From Dehalococcoidales bacterium (GTDB taxonomy: Bacteria > Chloroflexota > Dehalococcoidia > Dehalococcoidales > UBA2162), in assembly GCA_036446995.1 (NCBI GenBank), contig JAZFUC010000020.1:1-24827 (forward strand): 24,827 bases of DNA, written 5' to 3'. How positions within the stretch are numbered: position 1 is the first letter of the stretch; each line of letters opens with the position of its first letter. Of the stretch, positions 21,978 to 24,827 are shown one piece after another. The translations under genes and the position numbers were made by a program. The notes under the pieces were generated by a model that made no database searches, was not told the DNA's origin, and saw nothing but the letters and a program-made list of their open reading frames with translations.

Positions 21978-23762
21978 TTATTCAACCGTCAGGGTTTTAG
22001 CCAGGTGCCGGGGGTTGTCTATGGGGCAGCCTCTCTCTTTGGCCGTGTAATAAGCCAGCAACTGGAGGGCTATCACATTGACCACCGGTGAAAATAAAGT
22101 ATCCACCCGGGGCACCGGAATAATATAATCTGCTACTTCTTCAATCACCGTATCGCCTTCTTCAGCCAACGCAATGATCGGAGAGCCGCGGGCTTTAATC
22201 TGTTTTAAGTTATTCATCAGCGGTTCGTAGGTATTGTCCCGGGCGGCCAGGGCTATAACCGGGGTGTTGGGGCCGAGTAAGGCATACGGGCCGTGCTTGG
22301 TCTCTCCCGCCGCATAACCCTCTGCGTGAATGTAGGAAATCTCCTTCAGTTTGAGGGCACCCTCAAGGGCTATTGGATAATTAATCCCCCGGCCGACGAA
22401 GAAGGCGTTCTCAAACCGGGAGAGGAATTTGGCCTGCTCCATAATCTGGCTTTCATTATCCAGCACCTGCTGCGCTTTGTTAGGCAACTGTCTCAGTTCC
22501 AGCAGCAGGCTGGCCACGCGGCGGGAATCTCCTTTTGAATGCGACATAGCCAGCCAGTACAGGACCATCAGCTGGGCGGTGAAAGTTTTGGAAGCGGCCA
22601 CGCTTATTTCCGGCCCCGCCCTGGTATAGATAGTCTGGTTGGCTATTCTGGTGGCGGTGCTGCCGACCACGTTGGAAATAACAATCACCCTGCATCCGGC
22701 TTCTCTTAGTTTTTTCATTGCTTTAAGCGTATCGGCCGTCTCGCCTGACTGACAGATTGCGATAGCGACGGTTTTAGCCAGCGTGTGGCTGTAGTAATTG
22801 AACTCGGAAGATATCTCCACTCTGACCGGGATTCCAAGTAGTTCCTCTATAATATATTTTCCGGTCAGGACGGCGTAGTACGATGTGCCCGTGGCTATCA
22901 TAAGCACGGATTCAACGCCTTCTTCCTTCATTCCAGCCAAATCAGCCACCGGTTCCATTTCCCGAGTGTATTCGGCCAGGGTATTTCTGATGACCTTGGG
23001 GGTTTCGTGAATTTCCTTGAGTAAAAAGTGCTCGTAACCGGACTTTTGGGCTTCCTCAACGGTCCACATCACCTTCTGCTCGTCCGGTTTGATTTCAGCC
23101 CCGTTTCTTTTTATCTTTATTTCATTGGAGGTGATAGCCCCGATATCACCATCCTCCAGGTAGATGACCCTGTCCGTATAATCGAGAATTGCCGGCACGT
23201 CGGAGGCGATGAAATTCTCCCGGTCGCCAAGGCCGATAATCAGGGGGCTGTCCTTACGGGCGACGACCAGTTTAGGTTCGCCTTTGGCTATAACAATAAT
23301 AGTGTAGGAGCCTTCGACTTTTTTCAGAGCCGCTTCGGTCGCCTCTTCCAGGTTGCCTTTATAGTACTTTTCAATGAGATGGGAAAGTACTTCCGTGTCC
23401 GTTTCTGAAACAAAGTTATGACCTTCTTCGATAAGAAGATCTTTTAATTCCTGGTAGTTGTTAATTATCCCGTTGTGCACCACGGCGATATTGCCCGGGC
23501 AATCTATTTGGGGATGGGCATTGATCTGGGAAGGCGGTCCGTGGGTGGCCCATCTGGTGTGGCCGATTCCGGCCGTACCTTCCAGTCTGGGCGAGGAATC
23601 AGCCATCGCCTTGACTCTGATAGTGTCTTTGATAACCTTGATATCATCGGACGCAATAGCGATACCGCAGGAATCATAACCCCGGTACTCCAGTTTCTCC
23701 AGACAGTTCAACAGTATCTGATGAGCCTGCTTATCTCCGATATAGCCTACGATGCCGCACAT
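21978..23762 (-). CDS. glmS: Glutamine-fructose-6-phosphate aminotransferase (isomerizing)
   Basis: N-terminal MCGIVG (catalytic Cys), LEYRGYDS, GIGHTRWATHG, HNGII.N, SETDTEV, QSGETADT, EGALKLKEISYIHAEGY and LAKTLTVE. Confidence 0.97.
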   Translation of the reverse strand: MCGIVGYIGDKQAHQILLNCLEKLEYRGYDSCGIAIASDDIKVIKDTIRVKAMADSSPRLEGTAGIGHTRWATHGPPSQINAHPQIDCPGNIAVVHNGIINNYQELKDLLIEEGHNFVSETDTEVLSHLIEKYYKGNLEEATEAALKKVEGSYTIIVIAKGEPKLVVARKDSPLIIGLGDRENFIASDVPAILDYTDRVIYLEDGDIGAITSNEIKIKRNGAEIKPDEQKVMWTVEEAQKSGYEHFLLKEIHETPKVIRNTLAEYTREMEPVADLAGMKEEGVESVLMIATGTSYYAVLTGKYIIEELLGIPVRVEISSEFNYYSHTLAKTVAIAICQSGETADTLKAMKKLREAGCRVIVISNVVGSTATRIANQTIYTRAGPEISVAASKTFTAQLMVLYWLAMSHSKGDSRRVASLLLELRQLPNKAQQVLDNESQIMEQAKFLSRFENAFFVGRGINYPIALEGALKLKEISYIHAEGYAAGETKHGPYALLGPNTPVIALAARDNTYEPLMNNLKQIKARGSPIIALAEEGDTVIEEVADYIIPVPRVDTLFSPVVNVIALQLLAYYTAKERGCPIDNPRHLAKTLTVE

Positions 23763-23788
23763 AATTTAAGATAACCGACCTTTCCGAT

Positions 23789-24827
23789 TTAATAGACCGA
23801 ACTCTTGTCCGGTAAACTGCCGCTGAGCAGTTTCATTGCCTGTACCTGGCAGTAATTACCCAGTATTAATCCCGGCTGTGCGGTTACGCTGTTGCCCAGA
23901 TTACAGCCGACCCCCAGCATCGCTCCCACATTAACCTGGTGGAAGGAGTCATTGGCCCGTATTTCAACGTCTCCGCTGCAGGCGGTAAAGTGTCCCTTGA
24001 TAACGCAGCCCTGGTCAACTACCGAGTCCTGGATAATGGAGCCCGGTCCGATGTTTGTATCCGCCCCGATGACACTGTTTTCAATTTCAGTAAAAGGGGC
24101 GATAACCACATTATCACCGATGCTGGTTGATGGCAGGATGCAGACATTTGGTCCGATGTCACAGTTTTCCCCGATAATTATGGGGCCGACCAGATAGGTG
24201 TTCGAACGTATAATCGTGTCTTTACCGATTGTCACCTGCCCCTTCAGGGTAACCCCGGCTTCTATTGTCCCTCCCTGGCTGGGTGACAGCTGCTGCAGGA
24301 TGGCATCATTAAGACTCAGCATATCCCAGGGGTAAACGACATCGAGCCAGGTGCCCTCTGTTTCCCGGGCGCTGACTGTCCGCCCCTCGATAATCATATT
24401 GTTTATGGCATCGGGAATTCCCAGCTCCGCGTCCATATAATCATAAACGCTGTCCGTAAACGAATATATGCCTGTATTGATAACATCGCTTTCGGACTCC
24501 GGGGTCTTTTCTATAATTTCCCGGACTTTATTGCCTTCGGTGCTGACTATCCCGTACCTGGCCGAGTTTTCCATTTTCTTGACCAGTACGGCGTCAGGTC
24601 CGGTATTTACAAACTGCTTTATAGTATTTGCGTCGATAAGGTTATCGCCGGGCAACACCAGAAACTCGCTGCCGGTTAACTCCCTTACCTGCATCAGGGC
24701 ATGGGCTGTGCCCAATTGTCGTTCCTGTATTTTATAAGTTATGTCTACTCCAAAACGCTCCCCGTTACCCATATAGTCAAAAATCTGTTCCCGCCTGTAG
24801 CCCACCACGATAATGATATCCTGAATT
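23789..24827 (-). CDS. GlmU-like sugar-phosphate nucleotidyltransferase with C-terminal left-handed beta-helix; 5' end outside the window
   Basis: The frame is open to the window edge (IQDIIIVVGYRREQI...), so the track start at 24808 is not the true start. QLGTAHAL, GDNLI, YGIV....IIEK, W.DV.YPW and hexapeptide repeats; adjacent to glmS. Resembles the archaeal-type bifunctional GlmU family. Confidence 0.85.
   Translation of the reverse strand, partial: IQDIIIVVGYRREQIFDYMGNGERFGVDITYKIQERQLGTAHALMQVRELTGSEFLVLPGDNLIDANTIKQFVNTGPDAVLVKKMENSARYGIVSTEGNKVREIIEKTPESESDVINTGIYSFTDSVYDYMDAELGIPDAINNMIIEGRTVSARETEGTWLDVVYPWDMLSLNDAILQQLSPSQGGTIEAGVTLKGQVTIGKDTIIRSNTYLVGPIIIGENCDIGPNVCILPSTSIGDNVVIAPFTEIENSVIGADTNIGPGSIIQDSVVDQGCVIKGHFTACSGDVEIRANDSFHQVNVGAMLGVGCNLGNSVTAQPGLILGNYCQVQAMKLLSGSLPDKSSVY

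Noticed and set aside
23763-23788. glmS ribozyme
   Set aside because: Only 26 nt separate the upstream gene from glmS, too short for the ribozyme.
169-24737. All other plus-strand ORFs and alternate-frame minus ORFs in the track (e.g. 2341-2922, 3499-3819, 6461-6994, 11937-12431, 14334-14915)
   Set aside because: Each overlaps a well-supported gene and shows no family motif that I recognise.

Overview
All 24 supportable CDSs lie on the minus strand. The core (about 4.3-21.9 kb) is a bacterial Wood-Ljungdahl (acetyl-CoA pathway) cluster. In transcription order it reads cooC, fhs, cooC/acsF, folD, a 72-aa orphan, acsD, acsA (CODH), acsB, acsC, acsE, nuoG-like Fe-S module, nuoE-like, nuoF-like, metV, metF, DUF3786-like, mobA. 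Upstream are an edge-truncated glmU-like gene and glmS. Downstream are ccdA, a TlpA/ResA-like lipoprotein, a 4-Cys small protein, an orphan acyl-CoA carboxyltransferase, a multi-hairpin REP-like element and an edge-truncated holA. Gene styles and order suggest an anaerobic Chloroflexota (Dehalococcoidia-like) organism; this is inference and no search was run. The main hunt result is a catalytic-domain-free NuoG/E/F (HydABC-like) NADH diaphorase with non-bifurcating sequence signatures, placed between acsE and metVF with 12-34 nt gaps. It is a candidate NADH-input module for a methylene-THF reductase architecture outside the types I know of (MetF alone, RnfC2-MetVF, MetVF, HdrABC-MvhD-MetVF). 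The competing reading is that it is the diaphorase half of a formate dehydrogenase encoded elsewhere, which would explain mobA. Other leads are an uncharacterised 72-aa protein inside the acs operon, the absence of acsV alongside a DUF3786-like gene, a likely internal promoter with a structured leader before acsC, and a repeated GTAAACAA motif around the cluster promoter.
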